A DNA stretch of 64,000 bases from Tubiluchus corallicola. Taxonomy: Eukaryota > Animalia > Priapulida. Every line of letters starts with the position of its first letter. Position 1 is the first letter of the stretch. This document shows, piece after piece, positions 26,935-38,900 of this stretch. The DNA is taken from assembly GCA_030141605.1 (NCBI GenBank), contig JAQGDQ010000018.1:682001-746000 (forward strand), read 5' to 3'. Made by a program: the position numbers and the translations under genes. Below the pieces are notes generated by a model, which was given only the letters and a program-made list of their open reading frames with translations, was not told where the DNA came from and did no database searches.

Positions 26935-29900
26935 AAAAACTGTACTATACTACTGGTATGGCAAGTAATAAGTAATCCTGTACTGGTCATATAAATTACA
27001 AGCATGCGTGATGATTGTTGACCACTTGACCACTTAGTTTAACTTGCTTATGAAGGTTCACATTATGCATACACCAAAATTGGTGTATTGGTACTGGCAG
27101 GCCTTTTTTGTACATTTATATACCATATCGTATTATATTTTTCCAATATAGTATTATTTTATAAGTCTTGTTTCATCTGACCCTGTGCATTTATGTTTAA
27201 TGTGATCATGTGTTTGATGTACCTATTTGATTATGTCGTATATCTTATTCTTGTTACTGAATTACTGGATGATCTATAGCCCAGCAATATTTTTTGTGTG
27301 TATTTTTATTTGATCATGTCCGTATTTTGCTAATCATTAAAGTGAACTGAATTGAAATTAAAGTAGTGAACATCATTATTAGTATTTGAAACATTTATTA
27401 ATTCGATGAAATCACTAAAAATTGCCATTGACCTTGGGCCAATATTTAGTATTTTTATCATTTATTTTGTAACTCATTTACTTGCTATTATTCTTAAAAT
27501 TACACCTTGGGCCAACAATGAAAATACTTCTGTTTCGGTCGAAAAGCCTGGCAAATATTTTTTATCATACACCCTGGCTGGGAATTTTATGAATTGTTTA
27601 GTACCTTCATATACTTACCTGATGCACTCATGTAAAAGCATATTTTTTTAATTTAAAACTTAAAATGCAATAAGTATTATAACATCGTTGTTTCGATGAT
27701 CAGGCAGCCATGTTTTTCTATGGCTACCTCTCGGTCAACCCTGGATGCCAAAAAGTGTGCATTGAAAAAATGTAAAACATTACTGCTAACCAGTGGGAAA
27801 TAAACTTTGATTTTAACTGATTTTAAATATTCTGTGATTGAGCTTTAAACATTCACAAAACTTTAAAAATATTTTTTTTTTTAATTTTCCTCTGTCCCTA
27901 CTGACATCTTTTGAGCTCATGAGGTGAGACAGAATCAAATCAATCAAACTTTACGGCACAAAGCAATAGCCCGTTAGTTTGACCTAATGTTTAAATTAGT
28001 GCAAAACCTGCATGGTATTGTGTAGGCTTAAATCTAGAATCCTTGATGTTTCTTAAACTTAACAACGACAGTTATTTATAATAAGTTGTGAAAAAGAGAA
28101 AAATCTTTCTCTCTCTTGTATGTTAAATATACAATAGGCTATTTAAAAAAGTTTTTGTAACTTTTGACAAAAACTGTTTTTATTTTTTCACATTTCCTCC
28201 ATAAGTGTAGCATTTATAAACAATTATTTTGTGCCTAATAACATTAATAATGTGGAATTATATGGAATACTTGCTAAGTTTCAGTACACACTGAAATTTC
28301 TCAAGGAATTTTTAGAATTGTCTATGATGAGGACCACTCCTATTTTGCTGATGCTCTCCCCTTGTCATCAAAATATTTTTTGTATAAAACCAACCATGGC
28401 ATTGAACTTGAACCACCGAAAGCTATTTGGGCAATTTCATTAAGCAATGAACAGTTAAGATTTGTCTCAAAATCTCAGTACTTCATTTAGTTCACTGTCA
28501 GTTATAACGCACATGTATAACAGTCGACAGTAGAAGTGCCATAGCTAGTAATAGATTCAGCATATTGATTTACAAAAAAAGGTGAAATGTTTCACCTTTA
28601 GAAACTTACATAAACTTGTGATTAAGCTGTGATCTAGTGAAGGGACAACTGGGTATTGCAGCCCGCTCGCTCCTCTATCACAGTTCGTACAATAAATTTA
28701 TGCTGCTTCTTATTTGAAGTTATTAGAATAAAAAGTATGTTGCTTTAATATTCATTTTAATACAATCAGAACATTAAGTGTGATTTTTATGCTGACATCG
28801 CAGAGTATTTGCTATTTCGTTATCACTGCAAAAAATTTGCAACTTTTATGTTACTATACTTTACTCATTTTTTACTGCAAAAATTCCCCAGATCCAACAC
28901 AGTTTTGCAATAGAGTGTTTTTAAATATTAATCGATCTAGCTTGGTTGATACTCAAGCAAGTATTAATTCCTGTTATTGAACTGCTGCATAAAAGAAAAA
29001 CTGACATGGTCAGTGATTTCATCTTTGGTTAAGCTTTGTGTACTTAAGTATTTTAGCGCTCATTTAGTGAACTTTCTTATTGCTGAAGTGCAATTTTAGC
29101 CTTAAGGGAGTTGCCCAAACATTTGTGTTTAAATTTCAACAATTAAGCTATCTCAGTTTAAAACATCCTGGGGCTCTTTATAGATCTCTAAGATTTTATA
29201 TTTTAAATTAGTTTTTACCATAAGTAAACTTGTGCCAAGTAAATACTGAGATCAGTTTCTGTTGAGTTTAATAATTTCGTCTTAACATGTAATCTGTGTG
29301 ACATGTACTTATAGCAGTGTTTTATGCCTGTCCTGATACTGCACTTAAAAAATTAGTAAAGCATGTAACTTTGAAACTATTGCATAGTTACAGCAATGAT
29401 AAGAGTCCTCTTACTAAGGTACAATGTTGTATTGATTATTCAGTAACATTATAAAAGAGGAAAGTCAAATAATAACAGCAATAATACAAGCAGTCTGCTC
29501 TTCTTGTTCCAATAGCATGATTATAGCTAGTGAAGCATAACGCACAGCATTTGAAATTCCTCTGAAAATCGTTTTTTTCAATGGCGGCTTCAGCTTTTCC
29601 GCGATTTAGCGATTTATTACAAACAGAAAATATTCGACTGCGTCATTGGGTCTGATTTGGCTCATTACGACAGCAATATTATCCTTATAGATTCTGCCTA
29701 TGTTTGCTCTGCTGGCGTAGTTTATTGACACGGTAGTAGCGTAAAACGAATACCGAACATTTTCGAATCAAATATAGGCAGCTGTTGGAGATAATAAACC
29801 GTGTAGTCGCCGGCAACATGAGGTTTAGTGCCCCTTAAGCAACGCCAGGCTTTGAACTGCGTTGGGTGGAGTATGGTTAAGCCCAAACTGTTTGTTTATG

Positions 29901-30138
29901 CATTAACTTAAAGTTTCGCACAGGAAACGGAGCTTTTTGCTGTTATAGTCTTTTTTAAATTATTTGTATTGCAGTTCGCTGACCTACATGCGTAGAAAAT
30001 CAGCTAGTTTAAGTGCAATCTGACTATGTCAGCCAGTTCTGCATGTTAACGACGCCTAATAATTATTGCAGGTAGTCAATACAAATAAGTACACAGGCTT
30101 GCTAAAAATAATTTTCAGTAAATAAGTGCCTGATATAC

Positions 30139-30743
30139 TTATTCACTACAGTTGACTGTTCTAAAGATGGAATGTTCACTCTCTGTATTCTTTACTATTC
30201 AACACTTGCGTATGGGTGTAGAAGAATTATAAACTTCTCTTGGCTCATCAATTTCACTTTCGTCCCAGCCCAAAGCCCTTTTATATTTCGGACTGACTGT
30301 GTGTAATTGAAGTGACGTGAGACGCTATGCTATTTCTTTCATGGTACTATCATTGTTATTGCGCATGTCGCGTGGAACAAAGTATATAGCCTCTTCTGTT
30401 GTTGTAGACCGTTCTGAATAAGATCCTATCTGAGACAAAATCTCATTTTTCTCAAACCTGTGGGTGGATCTGTTTTGAAAGGAAGCAAATTGCTGTTTCG
30501 TCTCTGTGGTTTCGTTTATTTGACCGTGATGGACGCTTTTTCGCTACGTGGTAAAGCTAATGCCATTTGTCACAAGTTCCTTTGAAGTTCGCCGCAAAAC
30601 GCTTTGATGTTAACTAGTAGAACTGTCATGAGATGTGCTTATTATGCAAGACATTTAAAGATTAACAATATATTTAAAAATACTTACGGTGGTAAATCTT
30701 CACTTGATGAATGAGTTAATAAAAGCCAAAGCGTTTGGCGAAC
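30139..30743 (-). pseudogene. Possible spliced pseudogene fragment of unknown family
   Basis: Exon-like 30743-30688 (strong gtaagt donor), a 65-nt GT-AG intron, then 30622-30139. Together they give one hydrophilic frame of ~180 codons with four internal stops and no frameshift. No homology recognised. Confidence 0.35.
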
Positions 30744-31737
30744 CTTTTAATTACATAAAAAATGTTAACTCTAATTTAAGTTAATCTATATTTTATAAGT
30801 TAATATGAAGGCAGTAGTAATCCAAATTATGTGAACCTTATTAATTAAACGCTAACATTGACATATAATATTTAGTGAGTGTTAAATGAGTGTTTCAGCA
30901 CCATACAATAATGATATTAATCTGCTAACTAGGTAGCATTTCTTGACAAATTTACAACCATTTTTGGTAATTACTTAATTAAAAAAACCTGTTGAAATAT
31001 TCTTTTGTGGCTTGCAGCAAAATTTTTTCAGTATCCAAGAATTTTATTTTTACTTTGTGAGTTTTTGTACATTGTAATTTCCCAGGCACGCTATGAAATT
31101 GTGTGTAAAATGAAGTATGACAGCTCATAACGTTGTATCGAGTATTGTATGTATTATACGCCAAACATCGCTCGCGGCTTAGTGCTTTGCATCGAAGTTT
31201 GAAACGCCCAGTTTTATTTGATTCGCGCAACAATAAAATACTCAAGTTCAATCATTACTGCCCTGTTTCTTTTGCCGCAAGTTTCGCCGAATGCGTGTCA
31301 CTTACAATAATTACGTCTAGCTTAAGAACTTCGTATATCATTCTAATGTCCTTCATTGTAACTTATAAATTTGAAACTTGTGAGTGCGTAGTAAGCTAAT
31401 AACTATAGTCGTCACGCGCGTAAAAGTCTAAAATGATGAAGTACACGTTTTGGCATAGCCTTGCACTTAGCATAAAAAATTTAGAAATTCAGCGTGCTTT
31501 CATTTGCTGTTAAGATTCTAATCCGGAGAATCTTCCACTTCGTTGACTATCATTGTCGAGGATCGGGACCATTGCAACCTAGACAACATTCGAAAAGTTT
31601 ATTTTGAAAGTACCCTATACGCACTGCCAATGTCTGGCAGCACTAAAAAAGGTTAAAAAATTACATGCGCATTTCACGTGCTCAAAAATTTGACGCAGAA
31701 AATGGTATTAAGCTGATTTAAGATTTATTTATATCTT

Positions 31738-32662
31738 GCGAGGCGAAAATGGCACAGGAAAAATAGCACAAATGGCCAAGTAGGTAAAAATGGCACAAGA
31801 AAAAATGGCGCAAATAAAAAAGTTTGTATGGCACACTTAGTAAAATATGTGCTGAGGGTTAGAGTGGGGGATAATTATTTTAGTTACTTTTTTACCTCTG
31901 CTCCGGAAGTTATGATTCAACATAGTTGGTTTGTCTGTTTGTTTGGTTGTTTTTTGTCTGCTATGGCAATAAGCCTATTACGCAAAAACTATCTAACAGA
32001 TTTCCAACAACTTTGTTAAGAAAGGCAGGTATATGGTGCCAAAATGGGAATCTTTTCGCCGGTTGTTTTTTTGTAAAACTTGACCAAACACATGTACGAA
32101 AAACGTTCATGAAGCACTTCATTGAGGTCTTAGAGTGAGTGGTTAGTGCTTCTTTTTTTTGTCTCCACCAGGACAAACAACTACAAGTTAGTTCCAGGTT
32201 CCATTTCGAGAAATTCTCGCTTGTAAAACTATGTAATGCTGTCTATAACCCTTTTTATTAATATGTATAGCTTTATAAGGTGACTTGGTACGTATATATT
32301 TGTTAGTCTGTTACCATTACAAACATTAATGGCAAAAAGGTAGATAAACACTATGTGGAACATACATGCATTATAAATCCATTTAATGGACAAATATTTT
32401 CTGAACCTTTGCTAGTCTATATAATACTAATACAGGTACATTTTTGTATGTTTGCTCATTTATCTTTGTGTTAAATTTTTTTAATTGAAAGAATCATACA
32501 AAAAAGTTATGATTGCTTGGCTTTGGCAGAGATCTGCTTCCTACTTAGCGCATTCTAATTTTATTCAATCAAAATAATAAATGTGCCATTTTCCCTTGAG
32601 CTATTTTTAACCTGTGACATTTTTCCTGTGCCATTTTTTCCTGTGCCATTTTTACCGCGACT
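31738..32662. mobile_element. Non-autonomous DNA transposon with inverted termini built from short tandem motifs (aaaaatggcacagg), Mutator/foldback-like
   Basis: The left end carries gaaaatggcacaggaaaaatagcaca...ggtaaaaatggcacaagaaaaaatggc. The right end carries the inverse, tgtgacatttttcctgtgccattttttcctgtgccatttttaccgcg. A third terminus copy lies at 41777-41808. Confidence 0.7.
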
Positions 32663-35600
32663 ATCATCAGGTTGCTCTTTAATAAAAAAAATGTGAATAT
32701 CTTGGTTTTTCGCGCTCTTACAGTGTTCGCACTAATGGACTTTCTGCCTAGTGTGAACGAAGTTAAAGATGTAGTGTTAGACCCAAATAGTCAATTAGAT
32801 CTCGGCGAAATTTATAAAAAATTTCTGTCAAAGTCATTTATTTCAAGTTTAAATAATTGTTGCTTCGCCTCTTCAGCTTAGTCTCATGTTTGGGGTTTGC
32901 TACTTTTCCGCCCATTGTTTATTGATTAATTTTACACACTTATAGTTGTTAACACCCTCGAGCGCCCAGATATTAATTATATTATCGACCCAAATCTTGG
33001 CGTAACCATGTTTCTTTACCATTTTCACGCTTACACCTATCTGTGTTATTCTGCACATGGGAGGGCGAGAAAACACCAGTATTTAAGGTGTGTGATAAAT
33101 CTTACATTTACAGTAATTATACGTTAATCAAGCTCGGTCCAGCTGTGTACTAGAGGACCTGCCTTTCTGTCAGTTAGTCGAGTACATAGATTATCATGTT
33201 GAATACGTCGACGCCCCTGCCTTGAATGTAAATAAAGATACTAACATTTGGGTGTGTTGAAAACACGAGCCACTTTAGACAATGAGAGAACTTTGTTCCT
33301 ACATTCACCAGGGCAATATAAGTGTACTGCCTAGCTTTTATTCAGCTGTGTCAGAATCCTCGTGCCAAAAACTATTGAGAGACACGATTCTCATTGATTT
33401 TACAGGCCAGTCACCTGCTATTAAACTTGTTACATTGTTTCATGCATTGTAAAATCTAATCGTAAAGTCGTTAACACTGGGCGTGTTTTTCATTCTGGCA
33501 CGCATACATGGCCACAATTTGATATTTTTGGTTTTGCGATGCGTCAAACGTTTCTGTAATTACTTTCCAACATTGAAAAAGTTATTGAAATCTTGTTTTT
33601 GTATAATCCAGGAAGACGTTGAACTTTTACAGGCTTTAACACATTATTTAACTGAAATTTCCCATGTAAAAAAGGTCTTTCTTTTACCTGTCACTTTTTC
33701 GTTTAACATGAAACAAATCGCTATATTAATGTACATTTCGAATTAGTTCGTTGTATGCTTTTTATTTATATTACACGTGTATTTATAATATTAGCTTTTA
33801 AATAAAGAACTTTAAATTTTAAATTGTTTAACATGGCCAAAGCGCCTAGTCTATCTTTAATCACATATCGATTACTTGCGCAGCCTTGTGGTGAAAAAAT
33901 TATTAACAAAACTTATGAACACGTCAACAGTCATTGCACATGTACCTTGACTTTCTAATTGGTACTAGTATTATGTCTCTGCTGCGTTGGCACGCAAAGG
34001 CTCAAGGCATTGCAGCCTCGACTATTGCCATTACGAAAGGTTTGAGCTAAATTGGCTACTGCTGTCTTGGCACTCGAAGACTATGCTTTAGATTCAGGGT
34101 GGGGGCTCCTGTTAGCATTAGTCTCAGTTAGAACTGATTCGATCTCATTTGACAGATGGTCAGAACCTGGCATGTGAATTTTTCCTCCTCATTCTCAGTC
34201 AGTTTACCGCGCAGGTACATGCTCATTTAGTATCTCTGTGGCAACTTTCTCTTTCCGAATAACGAGAAATGATTATGGTAAGGAAATTGCAAAAGTATTT
34301 TAAAGGAGCCCTGTTTTATGTGTTTCTCTGAGTCTGAAACTATTTCGAGCCTTTTAGACGTTTTGGTGAAAAAAAATTAAGTAATTGTTAAGTTACGAAG
34401 TCAACTGTTTTAAATTTGTTTACTTTTTGGAAGCAATTAGTTATGTGTTTTTATCAAATACATAATTTTCCTAATTACCTAATTATCCAATTAAATGCGT
34501 TTTTTGCCTTTGCTATTGAAAATTGACAGTTATTAAGAAACTATTTTCCACAACTTATTACTTTTTGTATCTTGGTTTTCTCTTGCCTTTGATGTGGAAA
34601 ATTTTAATAACAATTTATAAATCACAAAAATAAGACATAGATTATTTCTATTTACAAGTTATTGTATTTAATTTTTAACAGTAATCTTGTAAAATTGTGG
34701 AAATTTGTTGAACATATAATACACCCGTTATTCTCAGCATCATTTTAATTTTTCTTCAACAGAGACAAAAGCTTTCAAACGATTTTCAAAAGAACCACTT
34801 GACACTTTTTGGTAAGAAATATTTTTCCGCCATTTCAAAGCATTTTCAGTAAATTTGGCGAAAATCTGACTAGTGTTGGAAACCGGCAAGCAGGCATTGT
34901 TTGAATAAAAATAGGCACTTTCGATCCAAAAATGTGTAGGAAAGGCATGCATTATGCCAATTTTTTTATATGAATAATTTTAAATAGCATTCTACTGATT
35001 ATGGTACTTCTGAATCTGTTGTGATATTATATTTATACTTAACCGATAGTAGACTGCTTAATCTAATACTTTATAGGTTGCGCAACCAAAGTATCAAACT
35101 TGTGTTGGTCGTTAGAGAATCAGTTTATGCTATTTCTGCTTCACTGATTTGGTAAAGAAATATGTTGAATTTCTTCTGACCATAATGATAAAAACGACAT
35201 CAATGTTTAAAAACTGTGTTAATGTACGCGTGTATGTCGAGTATTCATCAACACATCAAACTTAGAATGTATTTACTTGTATAAATTGGAAAGTAAATAA
35301 ATGTTGATCATTGCAGAATTAGTCATGAGTGATGAGTAAACATGTTCAAATACAGTTGCGATTGCTTGTCCCAATAATAACCACTTTTGTTGTGGCAGAT
35401 CCTTCTTTATAAATCTTTTTTTTTTGTGCTTCGGTCATACTGATAACTTTTATTTTTAGTTACCAAGTCAGTGATATTAATAATTATATTATTTTATGTA
35501 AGCATTATAGTCCCTTAAGAGCTGAGACCTACCGTACTCTGCTCATATAATTATAATCCAATGTTTATATAACAAACAAATTTGCTCAGTTTAGATATGC

Positions 35601-35983
35601 CCAGACGTGTTTATCTTGCGCCCAGGCTTTTAATATTGCACCTCTACTTTGCCCTTAGTTATGGTTTTTTGTCTGACACGCTGTGTGCAGTCTTCTGGGT
35701 TACACATCTTCTACCGAAAAAACTTGGAAAATTTATTTGATCTTCGTTGGAGGCACAAAATTATGTAGGGATTTTAAAATTAGTTCTCTTATTCTTTGTG
35801 CATTCTGTGTGAGTTGCTTTCCTAAGTGCACTATCGTTTTTGTGATTGCAGGTATGGGTTAATGGTTTGATGAAGAAAAGAATATGTGCTTAATAACTGG
35901 TGAACGTAGCTGGATAACATGCATACTGGCTGGACCACCAGCACTTGCAGTATTGGAGTAACATAGATTCTCCAGATTGACGA

Positions 35984-38900
35984 ATGGCAATGGATGTGTA
36001 TATAGCGGTACTTAGGCCTGGTAGAAGTATTATTGGCTCTACCTTGGAGTTCAAGCCAAGACATTTTGACTTGCTCCTTGTGGATCATAAGATTAACGAT
36101 AAGACAAAACATACTCGGCAGCTACCCAAGTTTGTGTGCTATGAAGAGGACATTTCAACTGCGGCTTTGAACTACCTCTGTAAATTCACGGGAATTAATG
36201 GCAATGGCCTTAAAGGTAAGTTGTTCAATTCACCTGTTACGACATTCCTGGTTTCAGACTTCCTAAATTTAAAAAAGTATTGCTGTAGTAAATGTAGTTT
36301 ACTTTATCTGTCAGAAATCATTTTAAGAATGTTAATATCAATTAATGCTCAACCTGATAAAATTTTGAAGCTATTTTTCTTGCAACTGGAATTGTCCCTC
36401 ATTCAAGTCGGATTTCATAATATTGCTTGCTTCAAACCTATAAATCTTCAAAGAAATATCAGGGATCTTCTAGTGTCTCGTATACATCTCCACGCAATGA
36501 ATCATTCTGCTTTATATCACTGTTGGGATAAATGCAAGAAACTATGGTTTTCGAGTGAGATTCACAAAGAATTTCTTCTGTGCCCAAAAAGCAGAAGTTC
36601 CAGGGTTCCAGTCCAAGTGGAAATGCAAAATTTTTTCAGACTTGCTAATTTCGTAAATTTCTTTTTTCTCTGTCATTGAATTCCGTACATTATCTGGACA
36701 GGAGCATTTGTTGGTGATCTCGACCATCATTTAGTTAAGCTAAATTAAAAGTGAAATCAGCACTTGGCTTCCTAATGTGTTTCGGAAAAAACAACGTGAT
36801 TGAATTCTTGTTTAGGCGACAACCAATTACTAGACTAAATTATTGGTTTTTGAAACCATGTGTAAATGGTTCATCAAGCTGAAGGAATGTATATGTGTTT
36901 TTAGCCCCAAATTTACACATTTTTGTTGGGTGAAAGCAACTAAGAGCTATCCACATGAAATGTAAAAAAATCGACAATGCATTTCTTGCCTTTCGTTTAA
37001 GAAAAAGGAAGCGATTTTTGTGCTAGCAGCCAGTCTCTGATAGTATTCTCCAGTTGCTATAAATGTTTTAGTTTGAGGCAGGATTTTGGATTACGTTATG
37101 AATACTTTTTTAATTTGCCCAAGAAAATTTTTAATTTTGTCATTCTACGCGACTAGAAATAATTGTGCAGGTTAACCAATCGTTTATAAGTTGAAATTTT
37201 GAGCTCAAATTTTTTTCATTGTCTGTCTGTGTCAATTCCTGAGGCGCTTACAAATATGCATTTTTCTACAAGATCTGACAAGGAATTTTCAAAACTTTGT
37301 GGACTTTCAGATGGTTTGGGTGTGCCGGCGTGCCTTCTTCCTGTGTATAAGCTTAGATAATAATCACAGAGTATACATTTAAGCGAAACACCCTAGATTT
37401 CCTTTCACTCTTATCATGCTTTTAACTGGGCCTCCTATAGATTTGTAGTTTTGCAAAACGTGGCGCATTTCCGTTTTCGATTACGCCAGCTGGTAGAGGT
37501 TCAAGGAGCGAGAAGGAGGGAACGAAGAAAGAGAAAGGAGCAAGAAAGGGAAAGACGCGAGGGGAAGCAGGCGGGAATTAATGGTTGCCTTAATCAGTTG
37601 ATTGAGTTGACCCAGGTATTCAGTGGTTTTACGCCCTCAAGCTTGGCATTTCATCAGTACTCATATTACTATCCTAAGGCGTTCTGCGGTTGCTAATGAC
37701 AGTTGAGACACTGATCTCTTAATGATCATTTAATTTGCACGTGTCATGAGTATTGTGTAGACACACCCTGGTGTTGATTTGCGAAAACCACCCTAGATTA
37801 CTGGAAAGGAGAATTTAAATTTACAATTTAATTTCACTTACGTCTGCGTGTGAATCGTGTCCAGGTAGTTTGTTACAAAGTGGGCAACTACAGAATTATC
37901 GATTCCGTTTGTCTGTCCATCTGTCCGCATTTTTCTCGACCGGCCCTGTTTAGAGTATTGCCCCAGTGAAGTGTATGGGCAAGATAGAATTATCTATTCC
38001 GTCTGTTTGTCGCCACGTTTTCTCGGCCAGGGAGTAATGTAGCAAGTTCATATCTCGCAGAGAGTTGGGGCATTGGAGCCTATTAATTCATGGATTAGTC
38101 GATGTAGATTTGAATTTTTACAGTTCTGCCCATAACAATTATACGGTGTAATAAAAATATGCTTATCGCAGTAATAGGTTTACGCGTGCCGCGACTATAA
38201 AATATATAGAATTTTCGGTTCCGTCTGTCGCCACTGGTGACTAATTTTTTTAACGATCTTCATGTAACTAGAGAACTCTCAGGGACGTTGCTCCAACGAG
38301 ACCGACGTACTTTTATTTAGAGTTTTAAACCTATGCGCATTGTAACTCGGACGAGTTTAAAGTTTTCCCATTAAAAATTAATCTTCCGCTTGCGTCTGCA
38401 TCGAATTCTAACCTCAACTAACCGGATGCTCTATATAACGGCAGCTGCTTTTTCACGATTACTTTTAATATTACTTTGTGTCAATGCAGAAAATACATCT
38501 TTGCTGCAGTCTATAAAGTGAATCCAAGTAAATCAGTCACAGTGAAAAGGCATAAGAAAAAAGACTAACCCTAAACCTAACCCTAGCCAAAATTAATTGT
38601 GACTTTTTCCTTTTTCTTAGCCGAAATTGTTACTTTTTTCAGTGAGTTTTTCCTGTGACTTTATTACCATTCGCCTATAAAGAAGACTATCTCATCTGGG
38701 CAACTTTGTCCCCTCTACCGAGACTCTCTAGTTGCTGTTGCAGTGTATTTTGAATGTTGTAATTGGATGTAGTTTAACTTTTGGGTAACTTGCGCTACTA
38801 ATTGTATATTATCGATCTGTTTCCTAGTAGCAGAGGATTATTGTTGAAGGCCTCAACGTACACGTGTGTTTCATTACTCTTATATATTTGACTGGTGTAA

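Noticed and set aside
29101-29838. Kolobok/piggyBac-like element bounded by TTAA
   Set aside because: The right end (gtgcccc/ttaa) looks like a terminus, but its match to the candidate left end is too weak to call a TIR pair.
30139-30622. Stop-codon reassignment or read-through explaining the interrupted frame
   Set aside because: Neighbouring genes end normally at TAA and TAG, and all three stop types occur in the frame.
9016-35984. The ankyrin gene divergent from KRIT1 as an orthologue of human ANKIB1, KRIT1's head-to-head neighbour
   Set aside because: The assembled protein has many ankyrin repeats and no RING-IBR-RING cysteine pattern or UIM.
37451-37696. Arg/Glu-rich ORF
   Set aside because: It arises from a GA-rich low-complexity tract and has no ATG start or clear exon boundaries.
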